Positions 1 through 13,193 of a stretch of DNA of 64,000 bases are shown here, piece after piece. The notes beneath the pieces were generated by a model. That model did no database searches, was not told where the DNA came from, and saw only the letters and a list, made by a program, of their open reading frames with translations. The translations under genes were made by a program, and so were the position numbers. Origin of the DNA: Podarcis erhardii (lineage: Eukaryota). The stretch's first letter is position 1, and every line of letters starts with the position of its first letter. The stretch lies in assembly GCA_964252035.1 (NCBI GenBank), contig OZ176200.1. One strand, 5' to 3'.

Positions 1-611
1 ATACTAGCAGAGGGACTCGGGAGCGATGGTAGTTACACCAGTGATATACCGCTGAGTGAAGCCTGTGTGGTCTGCTCCTCATACTGGCCCTGGGCGATAT
101 ATTGATATGTCGCTCAGGCCTAGCTGACTGGGGCTGATGGGTGTGGGAGTCCAACAGCATCTGGAGGTTAATCACCCTTTTCTTATGATAAGGACTATGT
201 TTGATATAGTAGAATATGCTAAAGAACTTACTAGCAAAGTGTTCCTATGATGTAAGCATATTTAAGCTTGGTCATCAATCGGCGTTTGATACGCCTTGGA
301 TGGTTTTGCAGCCTTCACTGTCTCCAAAACGTCTCTCAAATCAGATGACAATTCTGCTTTACTTCCGGTAGCCCGTTGTTTTGACAAGTGTGCCACAAGT
401 CAAGTCCAAAATTTGCCACTTGAACTATTCCTCCCTTTCTCTCCACACCACTTCTATCACTAACATGGGTTAATGTTTATGATAGTTATTTGGGATATCT
501 TGCCTTGTCTGTGATCTCTTGGTCTGTTGTTGGGTGTAGAGATCTTTTTGCTTTGCTAACTGAGAGGAGTTACAGAGCTTCACTTTAGGGCTGTAACCCT
601 TTGTGTTGTAG

Positions 612-3600
612 AGCTGCAGTCAACCTCCCCCTGCTGGACCAAGCGGAGGTGGAAGATGTAGAGGAAGAGCTCCCGGACGGCTTGGAAGATGCCTGCAGTC
701 AGGATGAGGAGGGCGAAGAGGAGGATGGGGAAGGTCAGCAGTCACATTTATTTCCTCTCTTCAAAGTACAAACAAGCCTATTCACCACACATAAAACAGA
801 GAAGGGTTTTCATACACTGATTATTCTGTTAATACAAATATACTAATTACTGTCATTACAAAACATCTTGAATCTAGTAGAAAGCTAAAACGATTCCTAC
901 TACAGTTGTCCATGCTTACTATTAGGGCATGGATATATTGCAAATCACTCTATAATATCAAGAGAGAAAGAACTGTATTGCAACAAATAAAATTGCTAGC
1001 TTGAATACTATAATTTGCCTTGTGGGCACCTTCAGCCTATGCACTTTCTACACTTGTAAAACTTGTTTTGAGTGATATTTAGTGAACTGCTATTGTAGGC
1101 AAAGCAACAGTCTGATATCCATTTACATTTTACTGGTGCATTTTATCACGGACACGGAGCAATGGTTCCAAACTACAAGAAAGAAGATTCCACCTAAACA
1201 TTAGGAAGAACTTCCTGACAGTAAGAGCTGTTCGACAGTGGAATTTGCTGGCAAGGAGTGTGGTGGAGTCTCCTTCTTTGGAGGTCTTTAAGCAGAGGCT
1301 TGACAACCATATGTCAGGAGTGCTCTGATGGTGTTTCCTGCTTGGCAGGGGGTTGGACTTGATGGCCCTTGTGGTCTCTTCCAACTCTATGATTCTATGA
1401 TCAAGCATTCAGTTAATTGTTTTCTGGTTACCCAGAGACAAACTTTTTAAATCTACTGTCTTGAAACAGTTCAGAGTGAGATAATTTTACCATTGAATGT
1501 ACAAGGCCTGACAATATTTCTAGATCATAAACAGCAGTAATAGCATTCAGTGCTGAGGCAGAGCAATACTAATTCACTGCTGCTGGAAGGGCTTCTGTAT
1601 CCTATGCAACCCAGCCAGAAGGGTGGAGTATAAATAAAATAATTTGTTGTTACTACTACTACTACTACTACTACTACTCAGTCTAAGAAGGGAGAGCCCA
1701 ACCTACAAATATGTGTGATGCTTACAGCTGTGCCCCAGTTTAGCTGTTCCACCAACAAATCTGTCATGGTGGTGGCATATCTTGAATTCTGCAGGCATGA
1801 TACAGCTTTTGTCAAATCCCATTGCCCCTCAGCTAGCAGATCTTAACTACAGAACTTCATCTTCATATTCCTGCTAGGAATGTTCTGATCAAACCCAGTA
1901 AATACTTGTGTGTGGATTTATTATAATTGTTGCTGTCTTGCTACGGTTTGGGACAATGCTACTCACCCTGAGTATTGACCCATTCTGTCCCCCACACATA
2001 ATCTTCTTGCATGAGAGTTTGGAAGAAAGCTGCACTTAGGGTGATTACTGTAGTTCTTGCTAACATTGTGATGTAGCAGCCTGACATTTTCAGCTGTGTT
2101 TTAGTTCAACCATTTTATTGCTTTAGTATATTGCACTGTGGTTCAACACTCTTATGATATCCTTTTGTAAATAGAAGGCAAACTTTAACTTACGGGGAGT
2201 GACATAGGGAATGATATTCTATCCTCTTCTAACCTTGGCATGGAGTCCTTTATTACAGTGTACAAATAAGGAAATTGATGGCTGTGTGGAAGAGCAGGCA
2301 AATAATGGATATCCTCATTGTCAAGATCCAGGATCTGATTTGAGGTCATTGTGCAGAAACTATGGTGCCCTTTAAATGTAGCTGCACGGGGGCACTTATC
2401 AGTAAGCGGCTCCTTTGCTGCTGGGAAAACTCTGAAATTACGTAAACACTTCTCATGAGTAGGGGCAAGAGAGGTGGTTTGTTATTTAAACATTCTTCCA
2501 GTCACGTAACAGTTGCTTGTGGATTAAGTTCAGCTATCTGAGAGAATGTCTAAAAGAGGTTGAATTTCTTCAGGATGCTCATGGAGTGTAGCCAAGATTT
2601 TTCAGTCATTAAACTATTTTTGCCTTTTTTTCTTTAGGTGAATCAGATGGCTCCTCTTCATCCGGATTATCCCCCAATGGTTCTGTAGCTATTATATCCA
2701 GGTTTGTTTTAGGAATGTTCTGTCTGTAATGCACTGGATCCTTTTGTTCTTGGATAATCCCATGGGATGGCCACCTGGAGACCCTGATCTGTTTGCCTTG
2801 GTGAAATCACTTGGCTTGCACTTGCTGGCTGTGCCCATTTGCAAAGAGAAACAGAGATGCTAAGCAGTCAGGCTGAAAGGCAGCTTAGTTTTCATTCTGG
2901 GTTGGTGTTTCTCAGCCAAAGCAAACCTCACTTTCTCAGTCAATGTGTCTCACTTTCTCACTTTCTCACTTTCTCAGTCAATGTGTTGGTCAAGAGCCTC
3001 AGGAATTAAACTGAATGGCATATGGTGGAAACGGATGTCCCAGAGAAAGTGTTGTGCCGCTCACTTCTCCAACTGTGCCTGGTATTCTTTTCCTAGGAAT
3101 TGCGTTGAGGGATTGGTGCCTACACTAGAGGGCCAAGAACGAATTCTCAAGCCAGCTCTTACATGCAGCCTGTTCCCCAATGTGCCTCCTACCATATATT
3201 TTGGTACCCGGGATGAGAGAGGTAAGGTGGATCTGAATTCATTGTATGAAACAGGCAATGCCAGAAAACCCTAGTGTACTATAGTGGTGGAGTGGAGTCG
3301 GAGCTTAAAATGAGAGATTCTAGGGTGGGGAGGTGATGGTGGGATGCATGTGGTCATGTCATTTAAGTATGTGGTGTAATGATGCCTTTCCAATGGATTT
3401 ACTAAGGTCTCCAGGTGATGTGAAGAGAAAACCTTAAATCTAGATTTATATCTGTGGAGCTGTAGGATTTTGACATCACCAGCAAAGAGGTTCAGAACTG
3501 AAATGGCTGAAACAGCAGTTGAGATGCTGGAAGGTACAGCATAATATTTGATGGGCATTCACTTTGACCCTCAATCTTAATCCCACCATAGGTGGAGCGT

Positions 3601-6600
3601 GTATCTTTCCTGCCCTGCCCTATGATGGGGTTAGTGGACATCCAGATTCCCTTGTAGCAGAGATGGTCCCATATGTCGTATTTTGCTCTGGCCTGGGTGC
3701 TTTCATAGTGGAGAGCAGGCATTATCACAGCACCACAACAACCTTTGGTCTTTGAAGAATTAAAGCTGGTCTTAACCTGTTGGGATGTGCACATAGACCG
3801 ACTCAGCATGCTTCTTGCTATATATAGCATAATTCCTCAAACTTCTTGACCTTAGTTTCGCTATCTTCCTTTTAAACTATTGCCTTCCCCCTCCCCCAAT
3901 TCAGGACTAGCCACCTGTCCCATTGCATAGCATGGAGACCAAGGCAGCAGCTCTTCCCAGATCAGACTGGCATGATTCGGCAAGTAGGGGAACAGCTGCA
4001 CCCCTGTCCCCAAAATAAATTAGGATCCTCTGTTAGAGGGCATTCAACCTATCCATTTATTCACTGATGAGAGGAGGGAAGTCCCACTTGCCTCAAAATC
4101 CTGTTCCTCCCAGAAACTTTGCACATTCCTTCAGGTGTGTTGTGCTTCTCAGATTGAGAACCACTGTTCTATGGACAAGTGACAGAGCTTTTGCCAACGG
4201 TTTTCTTTCACTTGGTGATCTGATTCTGTTGAAATTCATTGAATAAAAATCTTACCCTTCTAGCACTTCATGACAAATTGATGTCCTCAGCCAAAGGAGA
4301 TACTCCCATGGTTGGGTTTCCCTTCTAACCTTAGGATTTCTTTCCTAGTGGAGAAGCTCCCTTGGGAACAGAGGAAGCTGCTACGATGGAAGATGAGCAC
4401 AGTGACTCCCAACATTGTAAAGGCAACAATCTCCAGGTCCCACTTCAAAATCAGCAAGAGTGAGTTGTATTGTGGGAATGGTCTGTGGGTGCATGTTGCC
4501 TCCTGCCTTAAATACACCCAGACTCACAGCTTTATCTTGGAATAGTGCTAATGTTTGGAAATGAACTGTCCCACTTTCAGACGCAGATCTTCAGTAGCAG
4601 AGCAAAGAAAGCTCCCATAGAGTTGATTACTCTAATGCACCTCCCTTGCATGGAGGACTCTGAAAGATGCTGCAAATCATGAAGCTGCAGATCTAATTGT
4701 GGCTCTTCTGCTGCTTCCCTCTTAAGTCTTGGGCAAGCCTCATGGCACTTCTGCCTATGTGTATGCCCTTGGGCAGCTCTTGTCCAGATGGATACTGACC
4801 ACAAAGTGCTAATGTTTACTGCAGAACTGCAAGAGCTGCAGCATGGTCTGTACTTACAAACTGGGGAAGAATGTTCAAGACATGGAATAAAACTCGCATG
4901 TCCTAGCAATTCTCGTAGAGTTTGCTTATACATCTGATGATCTGTGTCTTGTAATGCAGAGCTGTAGCTGCTCTTTCCAGTAGGCTGTTTGATAAATGCA
5001 GCAATCCTTCACCCCCTACTCTTCCAATAAGAGGAGACTTAGATAGATAGGGATAGTGGGGGCTTTAATTTGACATCTCCTGCCTGCTCACCTGTAATTG
5101 AATAGGCTTTGATGTCGCAGTATACCCTGTGATGCTGATGCTACAATCTTTTTAGAGTTGTGTACAGTTCTCAATAGGGTTTATTGTGGCTGCTCGTATG
5201 AGGCCACTCTTGGTTCATTTGGAAGGGGAAACATGGATAAGGCAGGAAAATTATTTCCAATTCATATTTTCCAAACTGAAATTCTTATATGCCTGAGACT
5301 GTTGCAGTTCTTGAGCATAAACATAATATATATATATCAATGTGATGTTCAGAGAATAGTCTGTGAACTGCCCTATTGCCCACAGGAAACAATGACTGGC
5401 TGGGCTGCTGGGGCCATCACATGAAATCTCCGGGGTTCAGAGTTATCAGAGAACATCAGAAGGTATGAGATATGGTCATGACTACAAAAGGACATATTAA
5501 AGAATATAATACAGTGTGGGGAAAGGGCATGAGATGCATTTCACTCTGGCCTTTTCTGCCTTTTTCTCCATCTGAGCGCTGCATGTAGCTGATACTTTCC
5601 TGTTTTCTGCTGCAATGTTCTCTTTCCCTTAGTCCCTTAATGTTCTCTTGGTGGCTGTGCCTCTGAAGGAGGCAGCCTAGGTTTGCAAGACACTATATGG
5701 TAGAAACTTCAATGCTGGCATGCTTCCTTCATGGGAACTACCTGTTGGGAGTACCAGCCCAGGGGCTTTGGGGGTGGGGGGTTGTATGGACAATCTAGGT
5801 TCTTGCAGCTATCCCTGAATTTGGAGGAGAAGGTACCCCCCTGTTGAACCTTTATCTTGCCTTTTTACCAGCTAGGATACAGCAGGAAACCTCATTACTC
5901 CTTTCTTGTCTCTTCCTTTCCCTCCTGCAGTTGAATCATTTTCCTGGCTCATTCCAAATTGGTCGGAAGGACCGTCTGTGGAGAAATGTGTCCAAAATGC
6001 AGTTGCGCCATGGGAAGAAGGAGTTCAACTTTCTGCCCCAGTCCTTCATCCTTCCTCAGGATATCAAGCTGCTCAGAAAGGCTTGGGAAGATTGTGGGAG
6101 CCGACAGAAATGGATTGTGAAGCCGGTGAGGGAGGGCACAGATAGGGTTCGACCTGTATAGAGATAGGGGTGTGTCCTTTGTGTGTCTTCTGCCATGGTA
6201 TAGCCATTCTTTCCCTTGCCTTGCCAGTTTCAGGTTTTCTTGGATGAATCTGATTTTTTTTTTATGCATTTCATCAGGCTTTAGGACTTGTGTTGGGACA
6301 GACTGCCTTTGGCATGAGCTCTGTTCTGTTTTTGTATTGTGTGGTTTTTGTTCTGCTTTAGATTTTAGGTATTTCGTTTCATGGTTTTAATCTCTGTAAA
6401 CCACTCAGAGAACTTAAGTAATTAGATGGTACTGAAGTGCAGTTAACAATAATTAATGGTAATGTAAACTACACCCCCCACCTTCCTCTAAAGCAACAAT
6501 GCATATCTCTTCTCATAGATGGACAGTTTCTACTTGTTTATTCTGGTTCCCTCTTGACTATATCATAGCTTTAGCCCAATAGTCCCTTTGGCTGTCAGTC

Positions 6601-9600
6601 TCCCTCTTACTGCAAGTAGGACCTGCACCAGTCTGAAAACCCACCTGTCATCTTCTTCATTCGTTTCCTTGATATTGGGAAGGACAGGTGTAATCCTCCC
6701 TGGTGTATTGTTTTAAAATCTTCTGGGTTTTTATTCTTTGCAACCTCGTAAAGGTGAATAAAAGTGCATCACATTTGCATTTCCCCATGTCATTGAATCT
6801 GAGGTCTTTGTGCATTGAATGTTTTAGGTGAAAAGAGGCACCCTTAAACATGTAAACGAGGAGAGAATACTGGAATACATGCGGGGGGGGTGCCTCCTTC
6901 TGTTCCTAGGTGCCTCAAACATTTCCTAAAGAGAGAGAAATGTCCCCCCCCCTTTTCATGAGGACTAAAGTATTTTCAAAACGCTAGATATTCTCAGACT
7001 CGACAGGTGCCACAGTCTGTACTTTACTGCATGACTACAGCCAGGCGTGTTTTTGAAACTTCTAGGGAATTAGCTTATCAGTCAGTGACAGCAAGAAACT
7101 CAAAGCTGCTATACACCAACTTATGAATATACAAAGCTTTTATTGACTTAAAAAGCCTTTGCTGACATGCTCAGTCTTTGAAAAAGCTGCCACAGTAATT
7201 GATTTTAACATACTGCTGAACTTAAAATTACATTGAGATTTTTGTGAGGCTGCTTCTTTGGAGGCTTGTCTTAAGACTGATAGTATTAAAACAAATTCCT
7301 TTCACGTACCCCACCTTCCCAGACTATAATCGGATGTTCCAGGTTTGAATTGTAGGATAGCAGCAAATGGATGCAATGTGAACATCGCTCTCTGTCTTTC
7401 ACTCACTTTAGCCAGCATCAGCTAGAGGCATCGGCATTCAGGTCATCCATAAGTGGAGCCAGCTGCCCAAGCGCAGGCCACTGCTGGTGCAAAGGTAAGC
7501 AAGTCCCCCTGCCCTGCTAACAAAAGATTGGCTTTAATATCTTAAGGTATCAAAGAACCAACTTGTTTCTGATTATGCTTTCTGCTGTTGTAAAACTTTA
7601 CATTGTTCTGTGGGGTTTGTTTGTTTTGCTTCTGCTTCCAGCTAAAGAGTAGAGCAATTGTGGAATTGTTACGATATTGACATGGGTTCAGAAATATGGC
7701 TAAAGGAGACCTTTTGCTGTGGCAAGGAGTATCATTTGTTGAGAAAGCTGGCATTTCATCAGCAGTCTCCCAAACCTCTTAGAAACCATCTCCATCAAGC
7801 CTCTCTACTGGTGACAATGTCCTGAACTTCTTGAGACTAAATCTCAGGGCTACTCTATGATGTGGTTCCTGTATGCTCACCTGTCTTTCTGTTGCAGGTA
7901 CTTACATAAACCCTACCTCATTGGTGGAAGCAAGTTCGACTTGAGGATTTATGTTTACGTCACATGCTATGATCCACTTCGGGTTTACTTGTTCAAAGAT
8001 GGACTTGTTCGTTTTGCCAGCTGCAAGTAGGTTTCCTATGAATTGGTAACCTCAGAAAGAGGGTTGGGTTGACTGCTTGTCAGAAGACCAGCTGAGATTC
8101 ATGAATAGCAGATTAAATATGTTTTCTGGAAACAGTAGACTAACTATTGGTTTCAGGTGTCATTTGTATTACAGCCTGTGCACATCCTTTTGGTTTAAGC
8201 AGTGACTATTGAGAACCAATTATTTGCTTTCACTGTGTAGCTGAGTCTGTGTGCTTTTAAAATAGCCAATTATTAAATGATTTATTTTATTTTATTTTAT
8301 TCATAAAACTTATACACTGCTTGATTGTTAAAAAAAACCTCAAAGAGGTTTACAAAAAGATAAAACAAGAAAATCAAGAAAAAAATTACAGCTGTACTTT
8401 AAAACATACAAAAGTTAAAATAATAAGACAGATTATAATTACTTCAAATTCCTAAGCATCTGGATGTTTAGTTAACTGACAAAGTTGGTGAATAACTCAA
8501 GTCAGAGCAACTCTTGATGATTAACAATTTGAATTGTTAAACCAGTCATATCTCTGTGGAGCACACACATTCATTTTCATTCTCTCTCACACACACTAGG
8601 CTGGAGCTTAGAGGAGATACTTAAAGATTGGTGTGTGTGCCTCTGTCTTTTATCTCCCACCCTGCTAGCATTCCTCCCTCTTCTTGCCATTTCATTTTGA
8701 TGAGTGATGTCTCCTTACTTAATGTAAACTTTTGTTCTTCCTTCACCTCAGATATTCCCCCTCTGTGAAGAGCCTCAACAACAAGTACATGCACTTGACT
8801 AATTACAGTATCAACAAGAAGAATATTGAATACAAGGCTAATACAGATGAAACTGCATGTCAGGGTCACAAGTGGTGAGTATTGATGAGCAGGAACGAGA
8901 ATCCTTTTGTATGTGTTATGTTCTTTACTGGCTTATTTTGTCTTACCTCTCTAGTCCTGAGTATCCCAGATGTGGCCCTACTGTTTCCATAGGAAAGAGA
9001 CTTTATTTTCATTTCTTAAACAAAATATATAGACCACTTAATCAAAAAAGAAAGGTCTCATAAGTGGTTTATATAAAAATTACATTAAAAACATGGTTGG
9101 TTCTGGGTTCATGTTGCTTTTTTCCTTCAGAGATGAGGGGAGAGGAGTTAATAACACTATCTGGGGCAACCCTAATGCACTTGTATGCTCTGTTCTGTCT
9201 CCACAGGGCACTGAAGGCACTTTGGAGTTATTTGGCCCAGAAAGGAGTTGACAGTGAAGCCATCTGGGAGAAGATAAAAGACATTGTTGTCAAAACCATC
9301 ATTGCGTAAGTCTCAGGATCTAGTTGTGTTCCCCCCAGCCCTTTGCTTTCAGGAGGACCTCTTTTTGACGGGTCATCTTATCCATTAGCTAGAGATGTGT
9401 ACCGATGTTTGCAGATGTTTTGAGCAAGTGTGCATCTTTGCTTCTTTCTTGCTGATTTGTGCTTCTGGAATCAGAGTCTCCTACTGTATTGTTTCTCGAA
9501 GGTTGTTGATTGTTCCTTGGCCCCAAAAGTATCTTGTTTGGATCTTAATAATCTGAAGCAAGGAAGGGTCATGTGCTGTCTTCATCAGGCTCTCATCTGA

Positions 9601-12600
9601 GCCATGTGGGGAAGCTATTGCTGAAGCCCTGTTTTTGTGGCATGCTTGTACCATATACCTGGCTAGAGTGATGCATAAGAGGCTGGGAAGTCCTGCTGCT
9701 AGTTTTGCTGCTCAGGAACAACCCAGCACCTGTTTCATTTTCTAGATCAGAGCCCTACATAATCAATCTCGTGAAGATGTATGTAAGACGCCCTTACTGC
9801 TGCCATGAGTTGTTTGGGTTTGATATCATGCTGGATGAGAACCTTAAGCCATGGATTCTGGAAGTCAATATTTCCCCCAGGTAAGTTGTGCATGGTGTAC
9901 CCTTCAGCTTGAGCTCTGACTTGGTGCATTTCACTACAATTTCATGAATACCCTTTACCTCCAGTTTGTCCCACAGATGCATGCTAGGCCTATATGCACA
10001 GATGCATGCAGTCTGTTTTGCCAGTGCCTTACTTCATGTGCTGATGGCTTCCATCTCTTAATGTGAGGGAGGCAACACTTACATTGAACTGTATCACACA
10101 GTGTGTCTCTGATTGGTAGGTATTGTGTATGCATGTGGGTGTGGTGGGGGAGGGGATACTAAAAGAGAGAGAGATTGTCTTGCCTTGGAGATTGAGTTCC
10201 TCCTTTCTCTCTTTTGGAAATCAAACTTAACAGCTATCTAAAATGCCAAAAGCTAGGGCCAAAGACATGAAGATGGCCTTGTCCAATCAAGGTTTTGTTC
10301 TCTCTGCAGCCTTCATTCAAACTCTCCTCTGGATGTGAGCATCAAGGGTCAAATGGTCAGAGATGCCCTTAATTTGGCTGGTTTTCTGTTGCCAAGCACA
10401 GATGATGTGGCTTCACCCTCTGGAAGTGCCAGCAGCTCCACAACTAGGTTAGAGATCAAACTCAGTTTTACTGGGCATCTCATCTTTTGCATTGTTCTTG
10501 TTCAGTTGGGGAGTGAGGAGGCCTGAGTTGGAAAGACTGAGATGAAAAGTTGTTGTGGCAATAGTATGTGTGGCTGTAGCACAGAAGCATAGCTGTAGCC
10601 TGTATATAAGACTATGCATTTTATTCAGTCACGCTATTGGTACAGAAACTGAATTAAGCATCCAAAGAATCTCTGCTTTTGTTATTTTTAAAGCAAGTTT
10701 CTGGTCCATGTAATTGCAAGATGGGCTTGAAAATACCTGGGCAATACCTTGTGCAACTTTGGAAGCTGAGCAGTGGTGGTGATTGATCTCAGAAATATTG
10801 CCAGGAATACTAGGCTTCAGTAGCTGGAATTGTGTATTGCTCCTCAACTCAGTTCAGCCACAATAGCTGTCAGGGATAGCAGCAAACACCTGGAGGACAC
10901 CAGGTTGAGGAAAGCATGAAGCAGGCTGGTGAGGGATGGGGCCTGGGGGAGGGAGCATGGCCTGGGAAGAGTCCTGGGGCCCAGATGGAGGGGCTGGAGG
11001 GTTGCACGCTGCCCCCATGCCTAAGGCTCCCCATCCTTGATCTATGACTCCATGGATCGTTTGAGGCTTTTTTCGTTTCTTTTGGCTTAACGGAGTATTG
11101 GTTATGGTTCTGGCTATAGGTGGCTGAATTGAGGGCACTGACTAACTCTCTGTGTACTAACTTTAATTATTGCTGTGCCCAGCTTGAATAGTGTCGCAAA
11201 GGAGAAGAGTAAGTCATCTCTGGAGCTGTTCACTTCTGAGAAAACGAAAAGAGCTTTTTATCTGACCTCAAAAGTGCCTGATCAGGTAGGCGAGAACATG
11301 CCTTCCCCAAATACTCTGCCCTCATTCTGAGATTTCATGCATGTTTGGGCTGGAGTTCTCCACTCTTCTTTGTATCATTTCATTAACTGTTTAATTAAAT
11401 GAAACCATAAATAGTGTGCATAAAGCAATATAATTTCATCAAACAAGTATACATAACTAAATTATGTTTCTCGCTAGGCTTGCTAAAATAAAAAAAAAAA
11501 TTAGCAGGGGTGTAAGGGTGCCTGCCTAATATTACTAGACAAGGAGTTGTAAAGCATAGAGGTAGCTACACTGAAATATTGACTCGTACTAGCAGGTGAT
11601 CATTACAGTTTCTTGGCTTGGGGAGTGCTTAAGAGTTCAACCAAGCACTTTTTCTGACAGTAAATGTGTCAGATGCAGGTAAGATGCATCCACACACAAG
11701 GAGGAGGTGCTTGTTTATTCACAGAAGGACTGGTATTTGAAGGAGGTTGTATTTGACATATAGGATAGGATTTGGCTAAGTGTGGAAGTTGTAAAGAGCT
11801 GTATTTCAACTGTATTCAGAGCAAGGCTAGTGTCAAACCTTAAGCCCATCAAACACACAGCATAGCTTAAGAAAATGTTACAAACTACAGTGGTACCTGG
11901 GGTTACATACGCTTCAGGTTACACACTCCACTAACCCAGAAATAATGCTTCAGGTTAAGAACTTTGCTTCAGAATAAGAACAGAAATTGTGCTCCGGCGG
12001 CAGCAGGAGGCAGTGGTGCTTCAGGTTATGAACAGTTTCAGGTTAAGAACGGACCTCCGGAACGAATTAAGTACTTAACCCGAGGTACCACTGTATAGTT
12101 AAGACCCAATAGGCCATAGCCACTGGTTGCCATTGTTATATTGGGTGTGCCTTGAAGCAGTAAGATTTCCCATTTCTTACTTACGCACATGCTTTTTAGT
12201 TTAGTTTGTTCAAGGGCTACAAGAAGCATTTGGGAACCATAACCAAGAACCCTGCCTTTTCTTCTACCCTCCCCCCCCCCCCCCCCGCACAACAAATTCC
12301 TATTTGAATATCTCTCTTCTGTCTTTCCACTGTTGTCACAGTGGGAGGGGAATATGTGTTGCGAGGCCACCATCCTAGAGTGGCAGTCATAGTGGTTTTA
12401 GAGAACTGAAAGTGGCATGCATGTAGACTTGTGCAGTTACCTCCTGGAAAACCAAGGTGTTTCCCTGTCCCTCTTGGCTGCAGGAGTTCTATTCCACCAT
12501 CCTAGATGTTCTAACACCAGATGATGTACGTGTCCTAGTAGAGACAGAGGATGAATTCGCTCGACGTGGACAGTTTGAGCGAGTTTTCCCCTCGCGCTTC

Positions 12601-13148
12601 TCCATGCACTACCTACGTTTCTTTGAGCAACCGCGATACTACAACATCCTTACTTCCCAGTGGGAGCTGAAATATTTCGTGAATAAGGTCAAAGGTAAAA
12701 AAGTTCCCATCACCTCCTTCTTGCAAGATCCCTTCCAGGATAAGCAGTTAGTTGTTTGATCCAGCCCTTTATAAGTAGACTGCATACCTTGCTTTCTAAC
12801 CCAGAGCTGTCTGTGCTCTTTCACATAGCATTATTATCTGTCATCCTTACAGGTTGCTAGTGTGGTTTGAGTTTTGCTTCTTGCTGGGTCATTTCTGTCA
12901 TCTTCCCCACTCCTCACACCTTGCAGCCACATCTTTGGCATTAGGGGAGAAGTCTTTCTTTATTCTTGCCCACCCCTTTGTCCTTTCATTGGTTTCTATT
13001 GGCTATCTTTAAGCCCACACCCTCACCCAGAGCCTTCCTGTTCATCAGTGTTACCTGCTTCTCTTGAGTGTATCCAGATAATTCCATAGAATAGACCAGG
13101 AAGTTCAACATCTTCAAATGAGCATCATACCATTGCAGCTTGATTTTT

Positions 13149-13193
<45 letters not shown>
